A stretch of DNA of 64,000 nt from an uncultured Erysipelotrichaceae bacterium (GTDB lineage: Bacteria; Bacillota_I; Bacilli_A; RF39; UBA660). The notes under the pieces were generated by a model, which saw only the letters and a program-made list of their open reading frames with translations, was not told the origin of the DNA and did not search any database. Of the stretch, positions 9,293 to 19,095 are shown one piece after another. How positions within the stretch are numbered: the first letter of the stretch is position 1; each line of letters begins with the position of its first letter. The stretch lies in the NCBI GenBank assembly GCA_902801795.1, contig CADCJQ010000005.1, positions 4,414 through 68,413 of the forward strand. Reading direction: 5' to 3'. Made by a program: the position numbers and the translations under genes.

Positions 9293-10330
9293 TTACCTCT
9301 CTTTATTTTTTTCTTCTTTTTTTATATTTTCAGCAACTTCTGTTATATAATGAATAGAATTAAGATACTCTTTTTCAATAGAACTCAATTCTTTTACTTG
9401 GTATTTTTTATATTCACTTGTTGCTTTATCCATAGCAACTTTATGGCTTATATTACCTGCATCCATTAATACTTTCGTATCTAGTGATGCTAATATTTTA
9501 TCAAGTTGATTAATATAATCTTGCATCCTCATTGGTTTATGTTTCATAGCTTGAAATTCAGCAAAATCAAAGTATCCAGACACTAAATTATTTAACATCA
9601 ATAATTCCTCTTCCGTCAAATAATTTTTAGCAATAGTTATATCATTAATACTCGGCAATTCTCCTTTAAAATTAGTTAATCCCATAAAAGGTTTATTAGC
9701 ATCTGCTCGTTCATAAATTACTTCAGCGGCTGTATGATTATGTGCTGCATAATGAAATTTATTTTGAACTATTTTAAAGAATTTAATTGTTTCTTCTGCC
9801 TTTGGATTATAATCAATTGCAGTAGCATACAAATCTAGTACTTGGCGATATAATACTTTTTCGGATGATCTTATATCTTTAATACGATTAAGAAGCTCAT
9901 AAAAATATTTTCCGCCACCAAGATTTTTTAATCTTTCATCATCCATCGTATAACCTTTAACAATATACTCTTTTATTCTTTCTGTTGCCCATTTTCGAAA
10001 ACGAATGCCTTCATTTGATTTAACACGATAGCCTACACTGATTACAACATCAAGATTATAATAATCAATATTTCTTTCAACTACTCTTTCTCCTTCTTTT
10101 TGAACTGTTGCAAATTTTGCAACAGTTGATGCTTCATCTAGTTCTTCTTCCTTAAAAACATTTTTTATATGTCTTGAAATAACTGATTTATCTCTTCCAA
10201 ATAACTTAGCCATTTGTTCTAATGATAACCAAACAGTTTCATTCTCTAAATTAACATCTAACTTAATGTTTCCTTCTTTTGATTCATAAATTATTAATTC
10301 TCCTGTATTTTCTTGGGTCACGTTGTTCAT
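9293..10330 (-). CDS. rhuM: RhuM family virulence-associated protein
   Basis: 345 aa containing IYESKEGNIKLDVNLENETVWLSLEQMAKLFGRDKSVISRHIKNVF...ISVGYRVKS..GIRFRKWATERIKEYIVKGYTMDDERLK, which is the characteristic RhuM pattern. Confidence 0.85.
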   Translation of the reverse strand: MNNVTQENTGELIIYESKEGNIKLDVNLENETVWLSLEQMAKLFGRDKSVISRHIKNVFKEEELDEASTVAKFATVQKEGERVVERNIDYYNLDVVISVGYRVKSNEGIRFRKWATERIKEYIVKGYTMDDERLKNLGGGKYFYELLNRIKDIRSSEKVLYRQVLDLYATAIDYNPKAEETIKFFKIVQNKFHYAAHNHTAAEVIYERADANKPFMGLTNFKGELPSINDITIAKNYLTEEELLMLNNLVSGYFDFAEFQAMKHKPMRMQDYINQLDKILASLDTKVLMDAGNISHKVAMDKATSEYKKYQVKELSSIEKEYLNSIHYITEVAENIKKEEKNKER

Positions 10331-10498
10331 TTTTCACCTCATCATGAATATAGAAAAATATATTTTTTGATTAACGATATACTAAAATATTACTTTTTTC
10401 ATAAATCATCATGCTTACAATATAATTTTATCACAAAACAAATAAAACACCAAATAAATATAATTAAATTTTTAAATATATTTGGTGTTGACATAATT

Positions 10499-11350
10499 TT
10501 ACATAAATAGTTTTTTCAAATTAAGAGAAGCATCATAAACAATATTTTTATTATAATGATATTTTTCACTAACAACTTTAATAGCATCCTTCATAGTAAT
10601 CTTATTTTTAATCATTTCATCGATGATTAATGATTCAATAGTATTCTCTTCTTTAGTTTCTATCTTTTCTTCATGCTTTTTTTCTATAATTAAAACATAT
10701 TCTCCTAATTCCGTATTAGGATTATTATGAAGAGTATTTAAGACATCACTTACTCGACCATAATATTTCTTTTCAAATTTTTTCGTTAAGTCATTACATA
10801 AACATATATTAGGATTATCTAGTATTTCATTTATTATTTCTAAAGTATTTATTATTCTTTTGGGAGATTCATAAATAACTGATAAATTACTAGGAGCATT
10901 TTTTATATTAGATAACTCTTCTTTCATTTTTTTCTTTTCTCTATCTAAGAAACCATAAAAACTAAAACTAGATGTATCCATACCACTACACATTAAACTA
11001 GTAATGACTGCCGATGGACCTGGAATACTTATAACTTCAATATTATGTTCTATAGCATCTTTTACTAAAATATAACCTGGATCTGATATACAAGGACATC
11101 CGGCATCTGTTATTAAAGCAATATCTTTATTATTTAGTAAATCATGAATTAAACTACTACTTTTTTCTTTTTCATTAAATTTATGATAACTAACTAATCT
11201 TTTATCAATATCAAAATGTTTTAATAAAACACTAGAGGTTCTAGTATCTTCACAAGCAATTAAATCAACATTTTTTAATGTATTAATCGCTCTTTCACTC
11301 ATATCTGATAAATTACCTATCGGTGTTCCAACAATATATAAAATTCCCAT
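10499..11350 (-). CDS. rsmI: 16S rRNA (cytidine1402-2'-O)-methyltransferase
   Basis: LYIVGTPIGNLSDMSERAINTLKNVDLIACEDTRTSSVLLKHFDI. I chose the start at MGILY, which has a GAAGG RBS; the track ORF begins 18 nt upstream. Confidence 0.9.
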   Translation of the reverse strand: MGILYIVGTPIGNLSDMSERAINTLKNVDLIACEDTRTSSVLLKHFDIDKRLVSYHKFNEKEKSSSLIHDLLNNKDIALITDAGCPCISDPGYILVKDAIEHNIEVISIPGPSAVITSLMCSGMDTSSFSFYGFLDREKKKMKEELSNIKNAPSNLSVIYESPKRIINTLEIINEILDNPNICLCNDLTKKFEKKYYGRVSDVLNTLHNNPNTELGEYVLIIEKKHEEKIETKEENTIESLIIDEMIKNKITMKDAIKVVSEKYHYNKNIVYDASLNLKKLFM

Positions 11351-11529
11351 AAAAACCTTCTTTCTCATTAATATTATAACAAAATCTATAAACTAATGCT
11401 ATTTTTTGATTTAATAATTGATTAAAAGACCTTAGTATTCTTGACATTTTTGTACAAAAATAAAGGTAAATTTCAAAAATAAGTAGAAAAAAGATAACAA
11501 ATATAGTATAATTTAACGTAGGTGATGTT

Positions 11530-12099
11530 GTGAATTATCCAAATGGTATAAAAAAGTCATCGAATAATATTATTTCAAGTAAAATAGATTATAAAAATCG
11601 AGGAATGAACTTAGAAGATGATTTAAATAATACCAATAACTATTATATTGAAAAAGAAAAGGCATATATTTATAAGAAACCTACTCCTATTAAGTTAGTA
11701 AAGGTTGATTATAAAAAAGGGAAAATAACAGAAGCTTATTTTTCAATGCCATCAACAACTGATTATAATGGTATTTATAAAGGAAAATATATTGATTATG
11801 AGGCAAAAGAAACAAATAATATCAAAGGTTTTCCTCTTATTAATATTCATGAACATCAAATAACTCACATTAGAAATATATATAAAGAAAATGGAATATG
11901 TTTTTTAATAGTGAGATTTACAAAATTAAATGTAACATATTTATTAATGGCTAAAGATTTTTTATGGTATATTGATAATAATAAAAAAAGTTATATACCA
12001 AAAGAATATTTTATGGAAAAAGGTTATCAAATAAAAGATAAGTTTATTCCACGAGTAGATTATTTAGAGATAATAGATAGTTTGGAGGATGTAAAATGA
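11530..12099 (+). CDS. recU: Holliday junction resolvase RecU
   Basis: GTG start after AGGTGA. Contains NRGMNLEDDLNNTNNYY...KPTPIKLVKVDY...DYNGIYKGKYIDYEAKET...HEHQ. It forms the classic recU-ponA pair, with a stop/start ATGA overlap. Confidence 0.9.
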   Translation: MNYPNGIKKSSNNIISSKIDYKNRGMNLEDDLNNTNNYYIEKEKAYIYKKPTPIKLVKVDYKKGKITEAYFSMPSTTDYNGIYKGKYIDYEAKETNNIKGFPLINIHEHQITHIRNIYKENGICFLIVRFTKLNVTYLLMAKDFLWYIDNNKKSYIPKEYFMEKGYQIKDKFIPRVDYLEIIDSLEDVK

Positions 12100-15017
12100 A
12101 AAAAGAAGAACCAAAAAAGAAAAAGAAAGTAATGGAAGAAGAACCTAAATTAAAAAAGAAAACTGTAGTAAAGAAAAGTTATGAAAATACTAATCATAAT
12201 AATATCAATTTTACTGGTCTTATTGTTTTAGCAGTAGTACTTGCAGTTATTGGTGGTCTTTTATATTATTTCTTAGGATTAATTGAAAGCGCTATTATTA
12301 TGGTTGGCTTATTATTAGTCTTATTGATTGGATACTTTCTTGATAAACCAAAAACGAAATCTAAAAGAAGAAAAGTAATTAAGATAATATTAATTATTAT
12401 GTTAGTTGGTATTATTCTTGTTTTAGTCGGTGGCTGTGCTTTTATATTTTATGTTATTAAAAAAGCCCCTGACTTTAAAGAAGAATTATTTAAAGCAAGA
12501 GAATCAACAATTATTTATGATAGCGAAGGAAAAGAATACGCTAAATTAGGTAAAGAATTACGTGAAAATATTGAATATGATGAATTATCTGAAGTCTTTA
12601 TTGATGCCTTAATTGCAACGGAAGATTCAAGATTCTTCCAACATAATGGATTTGACTTGATGCGTTTTACAAAAGCGGCTGTTGGACAGGCTTTAGGTCA
12701 AGGAGATTCTGGTGGTGGTTCAACCCTTACAATGCAATTATCTAAAAACACTTTAACAAATAAAAATGATAGAGGTTTTGCTGGTATTGTTCGTAAATTT
12801 ACAGATATTTATATTTCAATCTTTCAAATTGAAAGAAACTATACCAAAGAACAAATAATTGAATTTTATGCTAATAATCACCCACTTGGTGGATTAATCT
12901 TTGGTGTTCAAGAAGCATCACAATATTTCTTTAATAAAGATGCGAAAGACTTGAACTTATCAGAAGCAAGTATTATTGCAGGTATGTATCAAGCACCTAC
13001 ATCTTATAATCCATTTAATCACCCACAAGCAGCTGAAAAAAGACGTAATACCGTATTATATTTAATGTTACGTCATGGTTATATTACTGAAGAAGAATAT
13101 AAAATAGCATCAAGTATTCCAGTTGAAAGCTTATTAACAGAAGAAACTGGTTCAACAAATGAATATCAAGGATATATTGATTTAGTATGTCAAGAAATGG
13201 AAGATAAATATGGTCTTAACCCTTATGAAACACCAATGCTTGTCTATACTAATATGGTACGTTCTAACCAAGATGGAATTAATAAGATATATAATAATGA
13301 AAAAACCGGAAGTTTCAAATGGAAAGATGAAGAAATGCAAGCTGGTGTTGCCGTTATTGATTCAACAAGTGGAAAAGTAATGGCCATTGGAGCTGGAAGA
13401 AATCGAAATGGTCTTCGTACATTTAACTATGCAACCTTTGATCCTAAGAAAAAGTTAACCCAAAGACAAATTGGTTCAACCGCTAAACCATTATTCGACT
13501 ATGGTCCGGGTATGGAATATAATAATTGGTCAACGTATACTTTATTTAAAGATGAACCTTATTCATACTCTAATGGTAAACCAATAAGTAACTTTGATGG
13601 AAAATATTATCATGGTGATAATGGATGGTTAACATTGCGACAAGCATTAGCCAATTCATATAATGTTCCTGCTCTTAAAGCATTCCAACAAGTTGATAAC
13701 AAGAAAATCGTTGATTTTGTTACTAAAATAGGAATTACACCAGAAATTGATAATGGTTATATTCATGAAGCCCATTGTATTGGTTCCTTCACAGGAAGTA
13801 ATCCACTTGCAATGGCCGGAGCATATCAAATCTTTAGTAATGGTGGATATTATTATGAACCATACACGGTTAGTAAAATAATTTTCCGTGATGGTGAAAC
13901 AGAAACAATTGAATATTCTGCTCCTAAGGTAAAAGTCATCAGTGATTCAACAGCATTTATGATAAGTGATATACTAAAATATATTGGAAGTAGAGTTACT
14001 GGTTTAAGCCGTGATCATGTTGCCGCTAAAACAGGAACTACCAATGTTGACTCTGCAACTATTAAAGCCCAAAAATTACCATCAAATATCGTTCGTGACT
14101 ATTGGATAATGGGATATACACATAATGTTGTTGTTGGAATATGGTATGGATATAAAAACTTAAGTAAAGAACATTACTTAAGATATGGTGGCGAAGATAG
14201 TGCTCTAAGATATTCTTTATTAAGTGAAGTTGGAAAAGTTTCCTTTAAACACGATGGTAAAGACTTTGTTAAACCAAATTCTGTTGTAGCATCTAAAGTT
14301 GAAAAAGGAAGTAATCCACCAAAATTACCAAGTTCAGCAACTCCAGAAAATGAAATAATTACTGAATACTTTAAACGTGGTACTGAACCAACCGAGGTGT
14401 CGACTAAATATCTCTCCGTAGGCGTACCTACTAATTTATCAGTTACAAATCATGGTAGTTACGCAACAGTGAGCTGGACAGGAATTCCAAACCCAGATTA
14501 TGTAGAAAATGGTATTTTTGGTTATTATGTAACGTTTAATGGAAAAACAAATTTTACAACAAATACAACTTATACAATAAGCAATGAATCATCTTATTAT
14601 GGTACATATTCAGTACGCGCTGGATATAAAGATACTAATGCTTCAATGGGAAATGCCGTTTCTTATGAATTAAAACAAATAACATATAATTTATCAGCTC
14701 CTTCATCAGTAACTTATACTGTTGGTGATACTGTTAATCAAACATTATATAATGGTAATGGTGTTAGTTTAACAGCAGGAGGTTCTCCTGTAACAGGATT
14801 TACTGTTAATACGACAATAACTGATAAAAATGGTAATGTTGTTCAAAGTGTTAATTCAAATGAACCTAATACTTATAAAATAACATATAGAGTAACTTAT
14901 AATGATTATACTGGTACATGTACTAATACAATAATTATTAAAGAAAAAGAGGTTGTTACACCTCCTCCAACACCAGAAAATAATCAAGAAACACAAAATA
15001 GTGATACTGAAAATTAG
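12096..15017 (+). CDS. ponA: Class A penicillin-binding protein 1A (glycosyltransferase plus transpeptidase) with a C-terminal Thr/Asn-rich Ig-like extension
   Basis: GT51 motifs ATEDSRFFQHNGFD and GGSTLTMQL. Transpeptidase motifs STAKP, SYN and KTGTT. Lies downstream of recU. Confidence 0.92.
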   Translation: MKKEEPKKKKKVMEEEPKLKKKTVVKKSYENTNHNNINFTGLIVLAVVLAVIGGLLYYFLGLIESAIIMVGLLLVLLIGYFLDKPKTKSKRRKVIKIILIIMLVGIILVLVGGCAFIFYVIKKAPDFKEELFKARESTIIYDSEGKEYAKLGKELRENIEYDELSEVFIDALIATEDSRFFQHNGFDLMRFTKAAVGQALGQGDSGGGSTLTMQLSKNTLTNKNDRGFAGIVRKFTDIYISIFQIERNYTKEQIIEFYANNHPLGGLIFGVQEASQYFFNKDAKDLNLSEASIIAGMYQAPTSYNPFNHPQAAEKRRNTVLYLMLRHGYITEEEYKIASSIPVESLLTEETGSTNEYQGYIDLVCQEMEDKYGLNPYETPMLVYTNMVRSNQDGINKIYNNEKTGSFKWKDEEMQAGVAVIDSTSGKVMAIGAGRNRNGLRTFNYATFDPKKKLTQRQIGSTAKPLFDYGPGMEYNNWSTYTLFKDEPYSYSNGKPISNFDGKYYHGDNGWLTLRQALANSYNVPALKAFQQVDNKKIVDFVTKIGITPEIDNGYIHEAHCIGSFTGSNPLAMAGAYQIFSNGGYYYEPYTVSKIIFRDGETETIEYSAPKVKVISDSTAFMISDILKYIGSRVTGLSRDHVAAKTGTTNVDSATIKAQKLPSNIVRDYWIMGYTHNVVVGIWYGYKNLSKEHYLRYGGEDSALRYSLLSEVGKVSFKHDGKDFVKPNSVVASKVEKGSNPPKLPSSATPENEIITEYFKRGTEPTEVSTKYLSVGVPTNLSVTNHGSYATVSWTGIPNPDYVENGIFGYYVTFNGKTNFTTNTTYTISNESSYYGTYSVRAGYKDTNASMGNAVSYELKQITYNLSAPSSVTYTVGDTVNQTLYNGNGVSLTAGGSPVTGFTVNTTITDKNGNVVQSVNSNEPNTYKITYRVTYNDYTGTCTNTIIIKEKEVVTPPPTPENNQETQNSDTEN

Positions 15018-15022
15018 TATCA

Positions 15023-16426
15023 CTATTTTTTTCTTTTAATTTTAAGTAACATCATTTTTTTAATATCCATAATTAATCCTTTATTAGTTATATAAACATA
15101 AATAATAGAAATAACTAAAGAAACAATATTTAACCAAAAATTCTTAACATAATATAATCCTGTTATTAATATTAACATTAATATTGCTAAATAATAATTA
15201 TTTAAGCGATGTAAACTTAGATAATCTTTTAACTTTGTTTTACGATATAAGCAAACAGCATAATTAGATAAAAGTGTGGAAATAATAGCTGCATAAATAC
15301 CAATAAATTTAATTAAAGATAAATGAATAACTAAATTAATAATCGCTCCCACAATCGTTGATTTACCAATTATTTTACTTTCTTTAAAAGCCGTAAATAA
15401 AGTTCCATAAAACCCAGCCATATTACCATAATAAAGTGCAATAACTAAAAGTGGAATATAATTAAAGGCTTCAATATAATCTTTTTTTATAAAAATATTA
15501 AAGATAAACGGAAGAACAGAAATGATTAATAAAGAAATAGCAATAAAGGAATTATGAACTATATCGTAAATATTATTATAGTATTCTTCATAATTTTTTC
15601 TTTTTATTGCAATAGCAACATTCTCTTTAAAAGCTGTAAAGAAAAAACTTGAGAAATTATTCATTATGTTAGGAAACTTATTAGCCATAGCATAAATTCC
15701 ATTAACAGCACTTCCAAGTACTGATACAACGATAATACGATCAGAAATATTAATAATATACCAACTAATATTATTAGGAACTAAGGGAAAAGAATACTTA
15801 AGCATTTCGTTTAATCTTTTCTTTTCAAAGTATTTAATTCTAATTAACTTATAGACTTTTAATTTAATTAAAACAAATAAACAAGTTAAAGCATTAGCAA
15901 GTATTGTTGAATAAAGAAGTCCATAAACTCCCCAACGGAAATAAGCAATAAATAAAATATTTAGTCCAATAGTTAAGATACTTAAAATAAAATTAGATAA
16001 AGAATATACTTTTATTTTAGACATTCCTCTTGAAATACCATTTGTCAACTTCATTAAAATAGATGATATCATATAAAGAAGAAAGACATCACGATACTCA
16101 TAATGTAAAATACTTAAAACAATAAAGCCTATACTACTCCAAATTAGTGTTGATATTAAAGCATAAAGACAAGCCGTACTCATTACTTTTTGTTTACCAA
16201 CATCAGTTTCTTCATCAATTAAGAAGCGAAACATGGATTCTTCCATCATGATAGTAATTAAAGGAATAACAAAAATACATATCGTTACTAATAAATCATA
16301 TGTACCATATTCGCTTGTTGTTAGAATTGTTGTATAAAGAGGTAATAATAAATAAGATATTACTTGGGTACTAAACTTCCCTATTGCAATAATAATAGTA
16401 TTTTTAAATAAATCTTTTTTCATCAC
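15023..16426 (-). CDS. MOP-superfamily polysaccharide/oligosaccharide flippase (Wzx-like)
   Basis: 467 aa with about 12-14 TM helices and the typical N-terminus KNTIIIAIGKFSTQVISYLLLPLYT. Confidence 0.7.
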   Translation of the reverse strand: MMKKDLFKNTIIIAIGKFSTQVISYLLLPLYTTILTTSEYGTYDLLVTICIFVIPLITIMMEESMFRFLIDEETDVGKQKVMSTACLYALISTLIWSSIGFIVLSILHYEYRDVFLLYMISSILMKLTNGISRGMSKIKVYSLSNFILSILTIGLNILFIAYFRWGVYGLLYSTILANALTCLFVLIKLKVYKLIRIKYFEKKRLNEMLKYSFPLVPNNISWYIINISDRIIVVSVLGSAVNGIYAMANKFPNIMNNFSSFFFTAFKENVAIAIKRKNYEEYYNNIYDIVHNSFIAISLLIISVLPFIFNIFIKKDYIEAFNYIPLLVIALYYGNMAGFYGTLFTAFKESKIIGKSTIVGAIINLVIHLSLIKFIGIYAAIISTLLSNYAVCLYRKTKLKDYLSLHRLNNYYLAILMLILITGLYYVKNFWLNIVSLVISIIYVYITNKGLIMDIKKMMLLKIKRKK

Positions 16427-16548
16427 ATCACCTTAGTTGATTATACCATTCTTTTTAATAATTGTGAATTATCTAAAGAAAAAAAACATATTTGACACTA
16501 CCTATTAGACATTTTTTATTTATTGTTTTATAATTTTATTGGTGACTT

Positions 16549-17688
16549 ATGGATAAAATAAAAGAAATAATTAAAGAATTTAACTTTATTGGTAATTTTG
16601 TTAAATATGAAGAAAATAACCAAGGTAATATTAATAAAACATATATTATTGTATATGAAAAAAATAATCAAGAACATAAATATTTATTACAAAAAATAAA
16701 TTCTAATGTTTTTAAAGAACCTTATTTAGTAATGAAAAATATTGAACTTGTTACTAATCATATTAAAAAGAAATTAGAAGAAAATAATGATACTGTTCAC
16801 AAAACCTTAAATATTATTAAAACAAAAGATAATGAAAACTTATTTACATATATAAATAGTGCTGGGGAAAAAGAATATTTTAGAGCGTTTGATTATATTG
16901 ATAATTGTATCTCATATGATAATTTAAATGATGGTAACGACCCTCAAAGTCTTGCTTATGAAGCTGGTAAAAGTTTTGGATTATTTGGGAGAATGTTAAA
17001 TGATTTCCCTGCAAATCTATTAGGTGAAACCATTAAAGACTTTCATAATACCAAAAAACGATTTAATGATTTATTATTAAGTATTGAAAATAAAGTTACT
17101 AATCGGTCTTTTGAATATCCTAAAAAAATAATAGATTTAATATCTATGTCTAAAGAATGTAGTGTTATTGTTGAAGAACTTGGAAAAACTATTCCTTTAC
17201 GAGTTACTCATAATGATACCAAATTAAATAATATCTTAATGGATAAAAATAATGGTACTGGTATTTCTATTATTGATCTTGATACTGTTATGCCAGGATC
17301 TAGCCTTTTCGATTTAGGAGATGGCATTCGTTCTGCTTGTTCTAATTCATTTGAAGATGAAAAAGATATTAATAAAATATATTTAAATCTTGATTTAACA
17401 AAATCCTATTTAAAAGGATATTTAGAAGAAATGGCTCTATATTTAAATCAAAATGAAATAAACTATATTGGTTTATCTATTAAAATATTAACTTATGAAC
17501 TTGCCCTACGCTTCTTAACTGATTATATTAATGGTGATACTTATTTCAAAATAAAATATGCTAAACACAACGCTGATCGTTTTAATAACCAATATATTTT
17601 ATTAAAAGATATTGATAATAAATTAGATGAAATCAATAAATTTGTTAAGAAAACCGTTAAGGATATTAAAAAGCCCCATCTTTCATAA
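16549..17688 (+). CDS. Aminoglycoside-phosphotransferase-fold kinase, possibly N-acetylhexosamine 1-kinase-like
   Basis: Catalytic loop VTHNDTKLNNILMD and metal-binding IIDLDTVMPG. The specific substrate call is from memory of NahK-like proteins. Confidence 0.6.
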   Translation: MDKIKEIIKEFNFIGNFVKYEENNQGNINKTYIIVYEKNNQEHKYLLQKINSNVFKEPYLVMKNIELVTNHIKKKLEENNDTVHKTLNIIKTKDNENLFTYINSAGEKEYFRAFDYIDNCISYDNLNDGNDPQSLAYEAGKSFGLFGRMLNDFPANLLGETIKDFHNTKKRFNDLLLSIENKVTNRSFEYPKKIIDLISMSKECSVIVEELGKTIPLRVTHNDTKLNNILMDKNNGTGISIIDLDTVMPGSSLFDLGDGIRSACSNSFEDEKDINKIYLNLDLTKSYLKGYLEEMALYLNQNEINYIGLSIKILTYELALRFLTDYINGDTYFKIKYAKHNADRFNNQYILLKDIDNKLDEINKFVKKTVKDIKKPHLS

Positions 17689-17710
17689 AATATACTAAAA
17701 AAGAAACTTT

Positions 17711-18727
17711 TTACTTAGTTTCTTTTTCTTTATCTAATATCCATTCATTAAAAGAATTAATTTTAAATTCACAATAATCACAATGTCCCTTTGTTATATC
17801 AATAGATGCACCACAATTAGGGCATTTATGATAATTAGTACCATTATTAATCTTTAATACCTGATTATTTCTATTTAAATACAAAACTTCTTCTTGATAA
17901 TCACTAACTATTCTACCATTTTTTAAATATATTAATCGTATATCTAACTTAACACTAATTTTATCCTTGGTAATTTCCTTAAATTCTAAATAATCAAGAA
18001 TATCATAATCAATAATGTTTTTATCAAAACAATATTTTGTTGTTAACTCATAATTTAAATTATTATAAAACTTCTTTTTATCAATTTTAGTTTTATCCCA
18101 AAATAATTTTTGCTTTTCATTTTGTTTATTTTTATATTTTTTTATTGGTTCTAAAATGATATATCCATCTATTATATAAAAGAAATAATATAAAACTATT
18201 GCAAGAATTATTCCATAAATAAATATTTTTGAAATATCATAGTTATTAAATGTCCTAGAAGTTAACTTAATAAAAATAAATGATAATAAAATACTTATGA
18301 TAATGTCAACTACTAAAGTAATAATACGGTATGTTTTCTTTCTAATTACTAAATCATAATGATATTTGCCACCTAAATCCTTATCTTTATAATCTATATT
18401 ATAATATGTACCACAATATGGGCATCCATCAATAAAATCTTTCATTTTGGATTTATTACCACAATTAACACATTCAAAATCTTTATCGTTATTCTCTTTA
18501 TTAACGAAAGTGTATTCTATTCTTGAATCAAAGATTGTTTCTTTTTTTAATAATTTATTATTAAAAAAGTAATCTTTTTCACAAATAATACCATTTGCTA
18601 TATCATCACAATATGAGTTATCACTATTTCTTTCTAAAATACTATTACCAACAATATATTTTGTTTTAATATTAATATTATGTTTTTTTAAAATATCTTG
18701 GTGTTCTTTTTCTCCTATTAAAGCCAT
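17711..18727 (-). CDS. Membrane protein with two zinc-ribbon motifs and 2 TM helices, function unknown
   Basis: CVNCGN...CPYCG and CPNCGA...CDYCEF flank TM helices IITLVVDIIISILLSFIFI and IFIYGIILAIVLYYFFYII. It is the last gene of the rSAM cluster. Confidence 0.6.
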   Translation of the reverse strand: MALIGEKEHQDILKKHNINIKTKYIVGNSILERNSDNSYCDDIANGIICEKDYFFNNKLLKKETIFDSRIEYTFVNKENNDKDFECVNCGNKSKMKDFIDGCPYCGTYYNIDYKDKDLGGKYHYDLVIRKKTYRIITLVVDIIISILLSFIFIKLTSRTFNNYDISKIFIYGIILAIVLYYFFYIIDGYIILEPIKKYKNKQNEKQKLFWDKTKIDKKKFYNNLNYELTTKYCFDKNIIDYDILDYLEFKEITKDKISVKLDIRLIYLKNGRIVSDYQEEVLYLNRNNQVLKINNGTNYHKCPNCGASIDITKGHCDYCEFKINSFNEWILDKEKETK

Positions 18728-18738
18728 TTGTTCACTTC

Positions 18739-19095
18739 CTATCTATTATTATTGTTATTATTATTGTTATTGTTGTTATTGTTATTCGAAGAACTTCCTC
18801 CAAATGACGAACCACCATTTGATGGTGTATAATGTGGAATTATCTTTAATATAGTATTACTTAATAATAAACCATCAATAGCACTACTAATACATTTACA
18901 GTTAATAACAGAATTTTCTTTTCCATTAATAAGAGCTATACCCTGATTATTACCTTTTATTTGCCCATCTTTATTATTTTTTAAAAACTCATATACTTTA
19001 TCTAATTCTTCTTTGGTTAAATTATAATATTTTGTTAAATCAATACATCTTTTTTTACGTATTAATTCTTCATAAGTTTCTGGTTCTTTATCCAT
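18739..19095 (-). CDS. 118-aa protein with a helical N-terminal region and a C-terminal ...SNGGSSFGGSSS-Asn14-R tail
   Basis: The start overlaps the rSAM stop (ATGGATAA). The tail is encoded by mixed AAT/AAC codons. Confidence 0.6.
   Translation of the reverse strand: MDKEPETYEELIRKKRCIDLTKYYNLTKEELDKVYEFLKNNKDGQIKGNNQGIALINGKENSVINCKCISSAIDGLLLSNTILKIIPHYTPSNGGSSFGGSSSNNNNNNNNNNNNNNR

Noticed and set aside
12094-12099. Alternative genetic code (TGA read as Trp, as in Mollicutes), suggested by the extreme AT richness and the DUF285 proteins.
   Set aside because: TGA terminates well-supported genes at the expected lengths (for example recU at the ATGA overlap with ponA), and conserved proteins read through without in-frame TGA. 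Standard code 11 fits.
18739-18790. The poly-Asn tract as a slipped-strand phase-variation site.
   Set aside because: The codons are an irregular AAT/AAC mixture rather than a perfect repeat, and the tract lies at the extreme 3' end, where a frameshift would have little effect.
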